From positions 18,011,914-18,075,913 of the forward strand of contig NC_068988.1 in the NCBI RefSeq assembly GCF_001194135.2: 64,000 nt of DNA. Direction: 5' to 3'. This document shows positions 12,300 to 24,550 of the stretch, piece after piece (the first letter of the stretch is position 1; each line of letters begins with the position of its first letter). The notes beneath the pieces were generated by a model. The model was not told where the DNA came from. It saw only the letters and a list, made by a program, of their open reading frames with translations, and ran no database searches. The DNA comes from Octopus bimaculoides. Taxonomy: Eukaryota. Both the position numbers and the translations under genes were made by a program.

Positions 12300-12503
12300 T
12301 TTCTACTCTAGGCACAAGGCTCGAAATTTTGGGGCAGGGGGCCAGTCGATTAGATCGACTCCAGTACACAACTAGTACTTAATTTATCGACCCCTACAGG
12401 ATAAAAGGCAAAGTCGACCTTGGCGGAATTTGAACACAGAACGTAAAGACAGACGAAATGCTGCTAAGCATTTCGCCCGTTTCTGTCAGCTCGCTGCCTT
12501 AAC
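12300..12503 (-). mobile_element. SINE family M, near full length
   Basis: Minus strand: tRNA-like head GGCAGCGAGCTGACAGAA...GTTCTGTGTTCAAATTCCGCC, then AAGGTCGACTTTGCCTTTTATCC..GGGGTCGATAAATTAAGTAC, and tail TTGTGCCTAGAGTAGAAAAG. Confidence 0.85.
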
Positions 12504-13654
12504 ATACATAAATATCGTCAGGTATTTTCTTGTCCAATTCTCGGTCACTCCTGTCGTCAAGTTACTGTTATGAACAGAATAATATTAACTGAGCTAACAA
12601 ACAGTGCCCATGCGACCATTAGACCTGCAAGAAGAAGCAATCAAATCTCACCACATGTCACTCTTTACAATCTTGAAAAAGAGATGGGCGAATCGTTAAA
12701 AAAAAAAGAAAAAGGTTGATCATGAATGGAAGGCATTTGATTATAGGTCTGTTCGATCACAGCTGACTTGATGGATAAACAACAACAGTAGCTGCAGCTG
12801 CAATAATAATTATTTTCGACTTAAACACAAGTTCATCAACACTAGGAGAAGTGAAGTGTTTAGTCGATAGCATCGATCGCAGTACTTGACTATTACTTTA
12901 TTTTATCGACCCCAGAGAACGAAATGTAATTTTGACCTAAATGGGATTTGGGCTCAGAATGTAACGAGTAGCAAACAAACAAATCCTGCAAAGCAATTTC
13001 CGGATGTCCTAATGATCATAGGGTCAATCAAGCTACATAGGGCCAATCAAGGAAATACCATAAATTATTGATGACCCTGACCACGAAAAGCAGGTACTCC
13101 CTTCCACACTCCATTTGCCAGGCCTACAGACTCATGCTGGGAGTTAGACCTAGCATACTATATTCTATATACTATTCTCTGTATTCGTTACTCTCGCTAT
13201 ACTATACTGGCAACACTATATTTGCTACTCTCGCACATTTTTTAAGGAATTTACTGGGGGCTGCACTTACCCTCTCGCTTTAACTTCACCCCACTCCAAG
13301 TGAAACTTGAAATTGATGCGGTTTTGGTCGAAGAAGATATTTGTCTTCAAATTCTTTTAATCTGATCCACAACATAATCTCTTTCGTCACAGTCACCGTC
13401 ATTGCACAGAATCGCTGGGTGAGTATCGCACCGGCGCTGGTCGCAGTTGTGGTGCTGGATGTGATTACGATCGGCACTTTCTTGATAGTGACGGTGTTTG
13501 TAAATTGCTGCGGTGCAGCAAACAATCATTGAGTTCGATATGGAAGGAACCAGTAAGAGTACCATACAATTCCGTTACCGAATCTGACTTTGATGCCTCT
13601 CCAATGACCTTTATCTATTTAGATCCAGTATCTCATTGAACCTAGCATGGCCCA

Positions 13655-13930
13655 CACCCGACGAGTTCGATTCCCAGGCTTGAGCAAGACACTTTATTTC
13701 ACATTATTGCTCCAGTTCACTCAACTGTAGAAATGAGTTGCGACGTCACTGGTGCCAAGCTGTATCGGCCTTTGCCTTTCCCTTGGATAACATCGGTGGC
13801 GTGGAGCGGGGCGACTGGTATGCTTGGGTGACTGCTGCTGGTCTTCCATGAACAACCCGGATTTGTGCCTCGGAGGGTAACTTTGTAGATGCAATCCCAT
13901 GATCATTCATGACCGAAGGAATTCTTTACC
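13655..13930 (+). mobile_element. CORE-domain-like SINE, 5'-truncated
   Basis: B-box GAGTTCGATTCC followed by TTGAGCAAGACACTTTATTTCACATT..GCTCCAGTTCACTCAACTGTAGAAATGAG, which resembles the CORE-SINE central domain. Confidence 0.65.
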
Positions 13931-14585
13931 CATGATTGCATTTAACTTTTCTTTGGCAATCTCTAGCAAGTACATCTCATTCAATATATAATTTATATGA
14001 GCATTTATGTTTGTCCTTCAATGAATAACTGTTTCTCGGCAATTACGATGCCATAATCTTTCGTGATTGACGGCCGTGAAGCAACTCTGCTGGTGACTTT
14101 CCCGTCCAACACTGGTTGAGACTGAGAACGACATGAAAACCAACAATTTAGTTGTCCTTCCATTAAAAAATAAGTGTCGTAGCAAGCTTTCCGAACTACT
14201 TGTTGAAGATTTGAGTAAAGCGTTCATCCTGACCATTTGTAACAATGTTAACAAAAAAAAAGCAACAGGTAACGTCTCTGAACGAAATTGCTTATAGCTT
14301 CTGGGGAAACCTCCTACTGTAAAAAATGCGTTTATTTATTTACTTATTTTTGTGCAGGCTCAGCCTTATCTGAGTACACGTATCATCAAAGGTATTCCAG
14401 CCATGACCNNNNNNNNNNNNNNNNNNNNNNNNNNNNNNNNNNNNNNNNNNNNNNNNNNNNNNNNNNNNNNNNNNNNNNNNNNNNNNNNNNNNNNNNNNNN
14501 NNNNNNNNNNNNNNNNNNNNNNNNNNNNNNNNNNNNNNNNNNNNNNNNNNNNNNNNNNNNNNNNNNNNNNNNNNNNNNNNNNNNN

Positions 14586-14895
14586 CGGGCGTTATGAGTG
14601 TTTATTGAGTGAAAACACCTAAAGCTCCACGAGGCTCCGGCAGGGGATGGTGGCGAACCCTGATGTACTCTTTCACCACAACTTTCTCTCACTTTTACTT
14701 CCTGTTTCTGTTTTGCCTGTAATTCAAAGGGTCAGCCTTGTTACACCGTGTCACGCTGAATATCCCCGAGAACTACGTTAAGGGTACACGTGTCCGTGGA
14801 GTACTCAGCCACTTGCACGTTAATTTCACGAGCAGGCTGTTCCGTTGATCGGATCAACTGGAACCCTCGATGTCGTAAGTGACGGAGTGCCAACA
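14586..14895 (+). mobile_element. SINE family A (5' end in gap)
   Basis: Colinear with 25162-25549 from CGGGCGTT(G/A)TGAGTG to GTGCCAACA. Confidence 0.9.
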
Positions 14896-15589
14896 CACAA
14901 ATTATCTAAAGTGTTTTTAATGTAGTGGGCTTGTAATTTGATGAATAATTGGCTGCAAACAAGTATATCAACCATGTCTTATTTATTTAGACAAAATTAA
15001 AATATTTTCTCTACGACTCCCCTCCTTCTGTCTGTCTCTCACTCACTCCCCCTCGCGCGCGCTCTCCCTCGCTCTTGTGTTTCACTTGCATATTCATAAT
15101 TTAACACAATTACAATAGATATGGCGTGTTAGTTGTGTAACATGTTGCTTGGGGTATCCCGCTTTAAGCAACTCACTCATCCTCCTTCGACATAATTGTT
15201 CGCCAATACACACAAACACGTGCATATGCAAACAGCAGCAAAGAACGCTTTCACACTTACACAGGCACAGCCTCATAACCACGCACACTCACACGCAAAC
15301 ACGCGAGCTCGCATACACGCACACAGACACACACAGACACAGACACGCATGCATGCACACAGACACGCGCGCACGCACGCACACATATACATACACAAAT
15401 GAACATATGCACACTTGCAATGAAAGATGCAGAAAGAAATTACACCGCTTCCCACAAATTAGGATATACACAAATGCATAATTTTATACCATACGTACAG
15501 ACTTACGCATGTGCAGAAATATACAGAAATAGACACGCACGTTCACTCATTCATACAGCTAGATACACAGAGAGACAACGAAACATGTA

Positions 15590-15601
15590 TATCTATACCT
15601 A

Positions 15602-15659
<58 letters not shown>

Positions 15660-15687
15660 GTTGTGTGTCTATCTATCTAGTTGTGTG

Positions 15688-15719
<32 letters not shown>

Positions 15720-15727
15720 GTTGTGTG

Positions 15728-15759
<32 letters not shown>

Positions 15760-15795
15760 GCTGTGTGTCTATCTATCTATCTATCTATCTGATTA
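15590..15795. repeat. Compound (CTAT)n microsatellite interrupted four times by AG(T/C)TGTGTGT
   Basis: ATCTATCTAG(T/C)TGTGTGTCT recurs at 15651, 15671, 15711 and about 15751 within the CTAT tract. Confidence 0.9.
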
Positions 15796-15931
15796 TCTAC
15801 TTATCTATCAATCTGTCAATCTGTATGTATGTATGTATGTATGTATGTGTGTGAGTGTGTGTGCATATTTGTATTTCTGTAGGCGAGTATCTCAACGTAT
15901 GCACGTGTTTTGTGTTTGTACATTTAAATGG

Positions 15932-16004
<73 letters not shown>

Positions 16005-17669
16005 CATATACAGTGTGAAAGTGAGAGAAAGCAATAGAAGGCAAGAACGACAACCAAGTAAAAAGCACATAAAGTGCACATTGCATTGGTGTGTCTGTGA
16101 TGTGCATATCGATTTCCAACGGACTAAACTCAATAGTAAATAGAGAAGAAATATAGTTAGTCATCTGGTGGTTTGAAATCTTGTACATAAGAGATGAGAG
16201 AAGAAAGAAGGGAGAAATAATGAAAAGATAGAGAAAGAGAGAAAGAATGGAGACAAGAAAGAAGAGAGACCATAACAAAGAAGACGACAGGAAGACAGCA
16301 TGGTGTGAAATAGAGAAATGAAAACTTGCAGTGGGGGTGTGCAAAGAGAGAGAACGCGATTTAGCAGAAGGTAGAAGTAGATAAGGAGAAAGTGGAACAG
16401 ACGGATAGAGAGAAAGCGAAGGGAAGGAACAAAAAAAACGGTTTGAAAAATGAGAGAATGTGTGTTTGTGTGTACTGAAATCGAAGAGAAAGAGAGAGAA
16501 AAAGAGGGGGAAGAAAAAGAGTGAGAGATGAGGAGGGGTGGGGGACAATCCTCGACAGAAAGTAGTTAATCATCTGGTGGATAAAAGCTTGCACTTTGAC
16601 TAACAAAAAGAAAGAAACGTATTGAAAATGGGAAAAAGTAGGGAAAGGAAGAGAATAATATGAAAAACAAAAAGAGAAAAACGATGGAACGAAATAAAAA
16701 AAAAAGGAAAAGAGAAAAGAAAGATAAGGAGGTAAAAATTGGGCAAATGATGGATGAAGTATTATTGGTGATACTAGTTTATTTGTTTAAGATAATAAAA
16801 AAAAAAATTAAAAAGGAAAAAAAGAAAATGTGATTCATATCATTAATTGCTGTTGTATAACGCTATCTGTGCGTGTAGAGATTTTTCCGGGTGAGTTACA
16901 TGTTTGTGTAGTTCTGGATGGATAAGATGAGTATATGTTTGTAAACACGGCAAATTTTTCGTAAATTATGTGTAAATTTTTTCCGTGTATGTATGAACCT
17001 TGCTATACATGCTTGTATGCATTTATGCAAATATATGCCTATGCATGCATGTACCTGTTTATGCATATGTAAGTGTGCGTGTGTGTGTGTTCATACGCGT
17101 GTGAATATATATATATATATATATATNNNNNNNNNNNNNNNNNNNNNNNNNNNNNNNNNNNNNNNNNNNNNNNNNNNNNNNNNNNNNNNNNNNNNNNNNN
17201 NNNNNNNNNNNNNNNNNNNNNNNNNNACACACACACACACACACACACAGCGTTTCTATTCTTCTTGTCACCTTTGTGCTCAACCCTTTTGCCTGAGACA
17301 GTTTACCAAAGATGGACAACATTACTCATGTGTTTGGTAGATTCCAAACAACTAAAAACTACACGTGACCCAATTCATATTGCTAAGTTTGGGGACAGCA
17401 GCATTTTACAGCCAATCGGAACAAAGAGAGAAGGAAAGAGAAAGGGAGTGAGTGAGTGAGAAAGAAGGAAAGAGAGAAAGAGAGGGTGGTAGAGAACTGG
17501 GTAGGCGTGTGAAAGACAGACAGTAAGAGAAAGCGATAGAATGACGAAAATAGAAAGATGAATAGATGAAAAAGAAACAACAATATGAGAAACGTATATA
17601 AAGGAATACTGAGAAGATAGAAAAGTGGGTGTAGAATATATATATATAAACAAATAGTAAATGAGTATA

Positions 17670-17947
17670 TGCATATATACGTACAGGTATGTGCTTACCG
17701 ACATCCACCTGTATGTATAGGTGCATATCTGGGTACAGGACATTGCAAACAAAACGTAGACGAGAAAACACACAAGCCACATAGAGAACATTCTTCTTCA
17801 TCAGCTAGCCCCGTTTTAACACCGGCGTTTCGAAGAGCTGGGCAGGACGCATCGCTAAAACGGCTCTTCCCATGGACCGCAAATTAAATTTGTATACACA
17901 AATTAAACCTTGCCATGGAGGAATGTAGCGGCGGACAAAAAACAAGA
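17670..17947. mobile_element. Interspersed repeat family B (probably a Penelope pLTR derivative)
   Basis: GATGCATATCTGGGTACAGGAC...GCCACATAGAGAACATTC..CATCAGC...GTTTCGAAGAG..GGGCAGGACGCAT recurs at 20740-20915, 35300-35745 and 36105-36285. Confidence 0.7.
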
Positions 17948-18369
17948 NNNNNNNNNNNNNNNNNNNNNNNNNNNNNNNNNNNNNNNNNNNNNNNNNNNNN
18001 NNNNNNNNNNNNNNNNNNNNNNNNNNNNNNNNNNNNNNNNNNNNNNNNNNNNNNNNNNNNNNNNNNNNNNNNNNNNNNNNNNNNNNNNNNNNNNNNNNNN
18101 NNNNNNNNNNNNNNNNNNNNNNNNNNNNNNNNNNNNNNNNNNNNNNNNNNNNNNNNNNNNNNNNNNNNNNNNNNNNNNNNNNNNNNNNNNNNNNNNNNNN
18201 NNNNNNNNNNNNNNNNNNNNNNNNNNNNNNNNNNNNNNNNNNNNNNNNNNNNNNNNNNNNNNNNNNNNNNNNNNNNNNNNNNNNNNNNNNNNNNNNNNNN
18301 NNNNNNNNNNNNNTATATATATATATATATATATATGATCTTTTATACATGAGAGGAAGTGAGTGCGCA

Positions 18370-18600
18370 TGACCCTTTACAACAACTCCGAGACAGGTGC
18401 CACAGAGAGGAAGATATCCAAGGTTGCTTGAGAAGGATTACGTGCTCTCGGGATGTAGTAATGTATTACAGCCCTGCAGGAACAACCACGGCAAACAAAG
18501 ATTAACACCGGGTTCTCTTATACCGGTAGGACTCCCGGGAAATTGCCCAGTGTGCTCGTTCCTTGTGACCGCACTGAAGATGTCTTTAGACTGCAGACCT
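18370..18600 (+). mobile_element. Decayed Penelope-like 3' end
   Basis: Peptide LEKDYVLSGCSNVLQPCRNNHG resembles the PLE endonuclease C-terminus. It is followed by a degenerate hammerhead CTGAAGATGTCTTTAGAC(TGCAG)AC at 18574. Confidence 0.4.
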
Positions 18601-19229
18601 GGACAAAATGGCTATTGGAGACAAATTATATCTGCTTCTCGTATATGCGTCTGTTTATATATGTGTACATATTCGCAAAGGTCGTTAAAGCTGAGAATGA
18701 CACGCATAAAAAGAGAGAGTGAGTACTGAGAGAAAACCCAGTAAAAGAGGATATTAGGGCACATGCAGAAATATGAAAGCAAAAAGGGTGACGGGACAAA
18801 TAATCAAATGAACAGAGCAGAGTAAATGGAAATAAATGAAAGTAAGAAGAAATGTACGATCAAAGAGAATTATAAAAATATTTAGCACAAAAGATCTGCA
18901 GAGTGGAAAACAAATTGACAAACAACGAAAGATGTTAAGTTTTCTCCTTAGTCCTGATATTTTTATGCATTAAATGAAAACTATGAATGTGTAATATTCA
19001 GAAATGACTCTGTAAAACATACATAAAATTCATTGGTTTGCATGTCTCTAAGACCCGCTTCTGTTTTGATAGCTATATCGCAATCTAAGAACAGCTGTTT
19101 TTCAGATGTATATTATGATGAAATAATAAATTAACAAGCAGAAGGACCTGGTTTCACTTTGGTTATAGGCTCATAGTCTTAATACAGTACTCTTTGTTTG
19201 TAAGTGTAATTTCTTCTAAGCATGGTTAG

Positions 19230-19414
19230 GTAAATATTTCGCAAAGGACTCGCTCGTACCTCGGTGTGAAATAATTTTTTCCCAGGTATTTTTTCGGGAA
19301 AAAAGTGGCTTGCGGCGGGTTTGGAGGTCAGATACGTTGAATGCACTCGAAAAAGCCTGTGGAAAAAAAATATTTTACACCGAGGTACGAACGGGTCCTT
19401 TACGAAATATTTAC
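19230..19414. mobile_element. MITE-like inverted repeat (about 55-bp arms)
   Basis: GTAAATATTTCGCAAAGGACTCGCTCGTACCTCGGTGTGAAATA... pairs with ...TATTTTACACCGAGGTACGAACGGGTCCTTTACGAAATATTTAC. No TSD was recognised. Confidence 0.7.
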
Positions 19415-20045
19415 AGAATCACAAATATACCGGTACAGAAGATTGTAAACAATGAAAGTAGCTGTAAAAATTTGTTAGTACTAGAAATAGTTACAATATG
19501 TTTATTTACTGATACACAAATACACCGGTACAGCGTTTTTGTTTTACCCTTCAACCTTTCTAACATTTTATTCATGTGTTGGTGTACACAAATGCACTGG
19601 TACAGAAGATTGTAAACAATGAAAGTAACTGTAAAAATGTTTTTGGTTCCAAACATCGTTACAACGGTAAACGCTAGATAGAATGGTTGATAGAATGAAG
19701 AGAGAACGATAGAGATGTGACGTCGTCGTCGTTGTATAAAATGTCCTTTAATATCTCGTACGTAACGAATGCACAAACGCGCACACACTCACGGACACAT
19801 ACGCACTCATATACAAAATGTGACGTCGTCGTCATATAAAATGTTCGTTACTATAGTTGACCATAGAAAGATTATTTTCGAGAAAATGTTATATTGTTTC
19901 AATCCAAATGAAAATAAAAATTACATGTTGACACTCGCGGAGTGTAATACTACCTTGTAAAATTTGATATGACCTGATTTGATAGAGCCGTTTGAAAATG
20001 CATGGGATACAGACAGATAGACAAAGAATTTTATAGAGAGAGAGA
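19415..20045. mobile_element. Helitron-like composite
   Basis: Direct repeats CACAAAT..ACCGGTACAG (three copies), a + strand palindrome CGTTACAACG before CTAG (19674-19677), and on the minus strand an A|TCTCTCTCTATAAAATTCTTTGTCTATCTGTCTGT..CAAACGGC start typical of non-autonomous Helitron 5' ends. Confidence 0.4.
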
Positions 20046-21066
20046 TTTTCGCTTTAGATGAAGTAGGAAAAAATTGTGACAAAAATGATTGTTGCAAACA
20101 ATCTTTTATGTCATGAACAGATCGACAATGACCACGATAAGATTACAATGGACGCCTACATAGCATAGAATTTAGGATTATAAGGGAGAAAGGATGAGAC
20201 ATAATCTTCCTGCCTTCATTAAGAATACCAATAAAGCAAAGCTAGATAGACATAAAAGTTGGATTGAAAAAGCAATTCAATAAGAATTCCATATTATCCA
20301 ACAACATCAGATGATAATTATTTATTTTCTCAGTACAAGCACGAAATGATGCAGAGGGGATTCACACAACATCGTAACATTTCTGATAATTATTCCATAG
20401 ATCATGGCGTAGTGTCAATTTAATTATGTTACGAACTCAGGGAGATGACATATCAATAAAGCATGTAATCGTGTTTCCCCATACACCAAACTACAATACA
20501 TAATTATGATGATTATTATCGTTGGCACAAAACCACACATTTTGTGTATGGAACAGCACATCATAAAAGCGGAAGTCAGCTCCATTTAAAGGTACATATC
20601 TTACTACTGTAGAATATTTTGTCTACTAGAGGTCACCACTTTTAACAATACATTGAGCGAAAGATAAAATTGTTTTTAAAACAATAAAACTCTACCTCTT
20701 ATTGGCGTAGAATTTTAAAAGCTGTTCGGGATAAAATATTTTCCGAAGAATAGAGGCAGCTGACGAAGGAATAATTCCAAGTGGCTATCTGTTTTCCTAT
20801 GTGTTCGTTCCGTTGTCTGTAGTTCATTTTTCTAACGTCCTGTACCCTGATATGCATCTATATACACATGTAGATGTAAGTATGTACATATATGTGGGTA
20901 TACATGCATACTTATTCTTTGTATTAATATATATATATATATATATATATATAAACATGTGGGTGTCGGGGTGGGGGTGTTTACGAGTTGGTGGACAAAC
21001 GAACGAAAAGGACACTCAACACATTTAGTGGGAGTTACATGTATTATTTAAAACAANNNNNNNNNN

Positions 21067-21112
<46 letters not shown>

Positions 21113-21424
21113 TGTATGTATGTATGTATATGTGTGGTTGTATGTGTGTGGTGTGTGTGTATTAATCTCAACATTCTTAATGAAACTTAAAATTAATAGT
21201 TTATTAACCATAGTCACAAACATAGCGACCCAAAGTAAAACGTCTTTCTATATGGTTCGAATGACAGATAAAATATTTGTTTCATTATTTTCATGCCCAC
21301 AATCTGTGCCATCATCTTTGTGGTCATTTGTGGGTATTCTTAATTTTCTTTTACTTCTATATTCAATCTTATGACCATTTCTCTTCCAATTTGCATAACA
21401 AGGTGGTACGTGCTTGCGTGTGTA

Positions 21425-21456
<32 letters not shown>

Positions 21457-21560
21457 TGTGTGTGTTTGCGTGTGTGTGCAGCAACTGTATTGATGGAAGA
21501 AAGTGTTCAATGCATGAGATGAATGCTCAAATGATGGATATGATGGAGAAGTTAACGTAA

Positions 21561-21816
21561 TCTTTTACCCTTTAGTTATTTCAGTCATTGGACAGCGACC
21601 ATGTTTGGGCACCATCTTGAAAGGTTTCAAGCGAAGATATTGACACCGATACTTATTATTATTATCATTTATTTATTTTAAACTTTAATTTTTTTTTTTT
21701 TTGGTACTTAAATGAATTTTTTTTTTCCGAAACCGCTAAGTTACGGAGATATAAACAAACCAACACCATTTGTCAAGCGGTGGCGGGCGACAAATGCAAG
21801 CAAGAAGATACACACG

Positions 21817-21855
<39 letters not shown>

Positions 21856-22035
21856 ACACACACACACAAACACGTTTATACGACGAGTTTCCACACAGTT
21901 TCCATCTACCAAATTCACTAACGAGGTATTGGTCGGCTTTCAACTGTAGTAGAAGATACTTGCCCAAGGTACCGCGCAGTGGGACTAATCTCTAAACCAC
22001 AGGACTGCAAAACGAGCTCCTTAACAATAACCACA
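21561..22035 (-). mobile_element. SINE family O (OR-type, with internal microsatellite)
   Basis: Reverse complement of the 22930 copy; internal (CA)n at about 21810-21870. Confidence 0.8.
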
Positions 22036-22347
22036 ATAACTATCATACATTGACAAAACATAAAGGTATGGATGATTAAGTTTGGTGACGGTTTAGCCAG
22101 TGCTGTGGATAGGACATTCGTAACGATTGTGATGTCCGTAACAATGATGTTGCTATGAGCAGTGGTGTCTTTTTATTTATTTACCTATCTATCTATTTAT
22201 TTATTTATTTGTGCCTGAGGAAAAGTATTATTAATGTTGACAATATTTATGATAACGTGGTAGTGATGATTATAATAATGATAAATCAATGATAATGTTG
22301 AATTTTGTTGCTAATGGTTGCGCTTATGGTAACAACACACACACAAA

Positions 22348-22392
<45 letters not shown>

Positions 22393-22929
22393 TGAGTGTG
22401 TGTATGCAAGCATTTATGTATGTATGCATGTATGTATGTATGTATGTAAAGCATCCATAATAATAGTAGTCCATGCTAGCATAAAGCATCTTCCCTTTGT
22501 TAGCTATCTACTCAAATGATTGATGGGTCGATCAGAGCTTTGATCAATGTTTGCGATATCCATCAATGTAAATTGAGTTCAGAGTGTTGTAAAAAGCATC
22601 CATCCAGCTGTGTTTGGATTTTGGGTGAGAAGTCTAGAGTGCCCATATCAGATGGAATCAACCAACCAAAATCTATTTCATAGCCTGTTCAACCGAATCT
22701 AGGTCGGTCAAATTTAACAGCAATGTTTTCGATAACATTAATACCACCATATTGATTCACGAACAAACACATGCATCCACCCATATACATACGAACAAAC
22801 AAGCAAACACACACGAAGAATTTATATGCCCATATAACATACGTAAAACATGTCCCTGAATGTCTATACATATCTCAAGCGCCATTACGTTAAAAAAAAA
22901 TACACGAGAAATAGTGATAAATGGGCTAA

Positions 22930-23078
22930 TATGTGGTAAGAAGCTTGCTTCCCAGCCACATGGTTCCGGGTTCTGTCCCACTGCGTGGTATCTTGGACAA
23001 GTGTCTTCTTCTATAGCCTCAGGCCGCCCAAAGCCTTATAAGTGGATTTGATAGACGGAAACTGAAAGTAGTCCGTCG

Positions 23079-23124
<46 letters not shown>

Positions 23125-23415
23125 NNNNNNNNNNNNNNNNNNNNNNNNNNNNNNNNNNNNNNNNNNNNNNNNNNNNNNNNNNNNNNNNNNNAGACATATG
23201 GGTGGGGTGTATTTGTGTGCCTGTGTTTGTCGCCCCACCATCGATTGACAACCGATGTTGGTGTGTTTACGTCCCCGTAACTTAACGGTTCGACAAAAGA
23301 GACCGATAGAATAAGTACTAGGCTTACAAAGAATAAGTCTTGAAGTCGATTTGTTCGACTAAAGGCGGTGCTCCAGCGTGGCCGCAGTCAAAATGACTGA
23401 AAAAGTAAAAAAGAA
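22930..23415 (+). mobile_element. SINE family O (OR-type, with internal microsatellite)
   Basis: tRNA-like head TGTGGTAAGAAGCTTGCTTCCCAGCCACATGGTTCCGGGTTCTGTCCC, CORE-like TTGGACAAGTGTCTTC, internal (TA)n plus gap, 3' GGCGGTGCTCCAGCGTGGCCGCAGTCAAAATGACTGAAAAAGTAAAA. Confidence 0.9.
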
Positions 23416-23771
23416 AATGATATATATATATGCATATATATAAATGCATATATATTTCTATAGCAACCTTTTTTTTTCTGTACTTAATTCTACATTTGCA
23501 ATTTTGTTATACACGCATAGCATATTCTTTAAGGTGGGGAAATCCTGGCATCTGTAAGGTGTACGGAGAAGGAAGTAACTCTCAATACAAGATTGGAAAG
23601 GACGTAATTTGATCTAAACGTGGTTTTGATAACAACCTTGGAGAAGACAAATGTTTTTAAAACTTCGACGCTTCTAAAAAACAAATATATGTTTGTTTAT
23701 ATATATGCTGTTGATGCATTTCAAAAAAGCCATGTATTCAGCGCTTAAATTTGATGGAGAATGTTGTCAGC

Positions 23772-23846
23772 AGCAAGTTTAGCTTAATGGTAAAATACTC
23801 AACCGCTCTTCGAGAGATGCGAGTTCGAGTCCTGTGTTTGTTTGCT
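23772..23846 (+). pseudogene. tRNA-like pseudogene / orphan Pol III unit
   Basis: A-box TAGCTTAATGGTAAA, B-box GAGTTCGAGTCC, acceptor stem AGCAAG/TTTGCT, 7-nt anticodon loop CCGCTCT, T7 terminator at 23853-23859. D- and T-stems are mispaired. Confidence 0.65.
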
Positions 23847-24184
23847 AACAACTTTTTTTCTGTCTTACAAGGGTAATAATACCCAATTTTTCTGTTGTTT
23901 TCACGTTCGATATATATGTGCATGATTTTCGTGTTGAGGTTCGCTGAGACATAAAAGTTTGGAAGACGTTGATATAGATTATATTAACTGCCTAGTGAAT
24001 TTTTCTCTTGTATAGTAATTTCCTAGTTACTGAAGAATAAATTATTGTATCTCTGTAACGTAATTGCGTCATGTCATACCTCTACTGTGAGAAATGGTGT
24101 TCCAAATAAAACATGTTTCCGAACTTGCAGACTCAAATACATTGATTATTTCATAATGTATACATCCAAATATTTACGATGTTA

Positions 24185-24550
24185 CTTATCACAGGCTATT
24201 CTATGAAGCCATGTGGTTTTAAATTCAGTCACGTTTGCATACAATTTTGAGAAAGTGTCTTCTGCAATAGATCCAAAGCCGACCAATACCTTGTAAAGGA
24301 ACTTGGCAGACAAACAATATACGGAAGCCCATTATATATGTATGTCTAAGTTTGTTTCTCACCGTTTGTCAAACGACATTGACTTTTTTTATAACCCTGT
24401 AACTTAGAGATCGGTGAAAGGAAACCAATAGAATAAAAACACGACGCAAGAACATTTATCATAATTACTTTGATCGACAAAATTAACCCTTTCAAGGCTA
24501 TGCCCCAGCATGGCCCCATGGCGGCATAACCAATGACTGAATCAAGTAAA
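24185..24550 (+). mobile_element. Old degenerate copy of SINE family O
   Basis: Colinear decayed matches (AAGTGTCTTCTGCAATAG, CGGAAGCCC, AACCAATAGAATAA, ATGCCCCAGCATGGCC, AATGACTGAATCAAGTAAAA). Confidence 0.6.
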
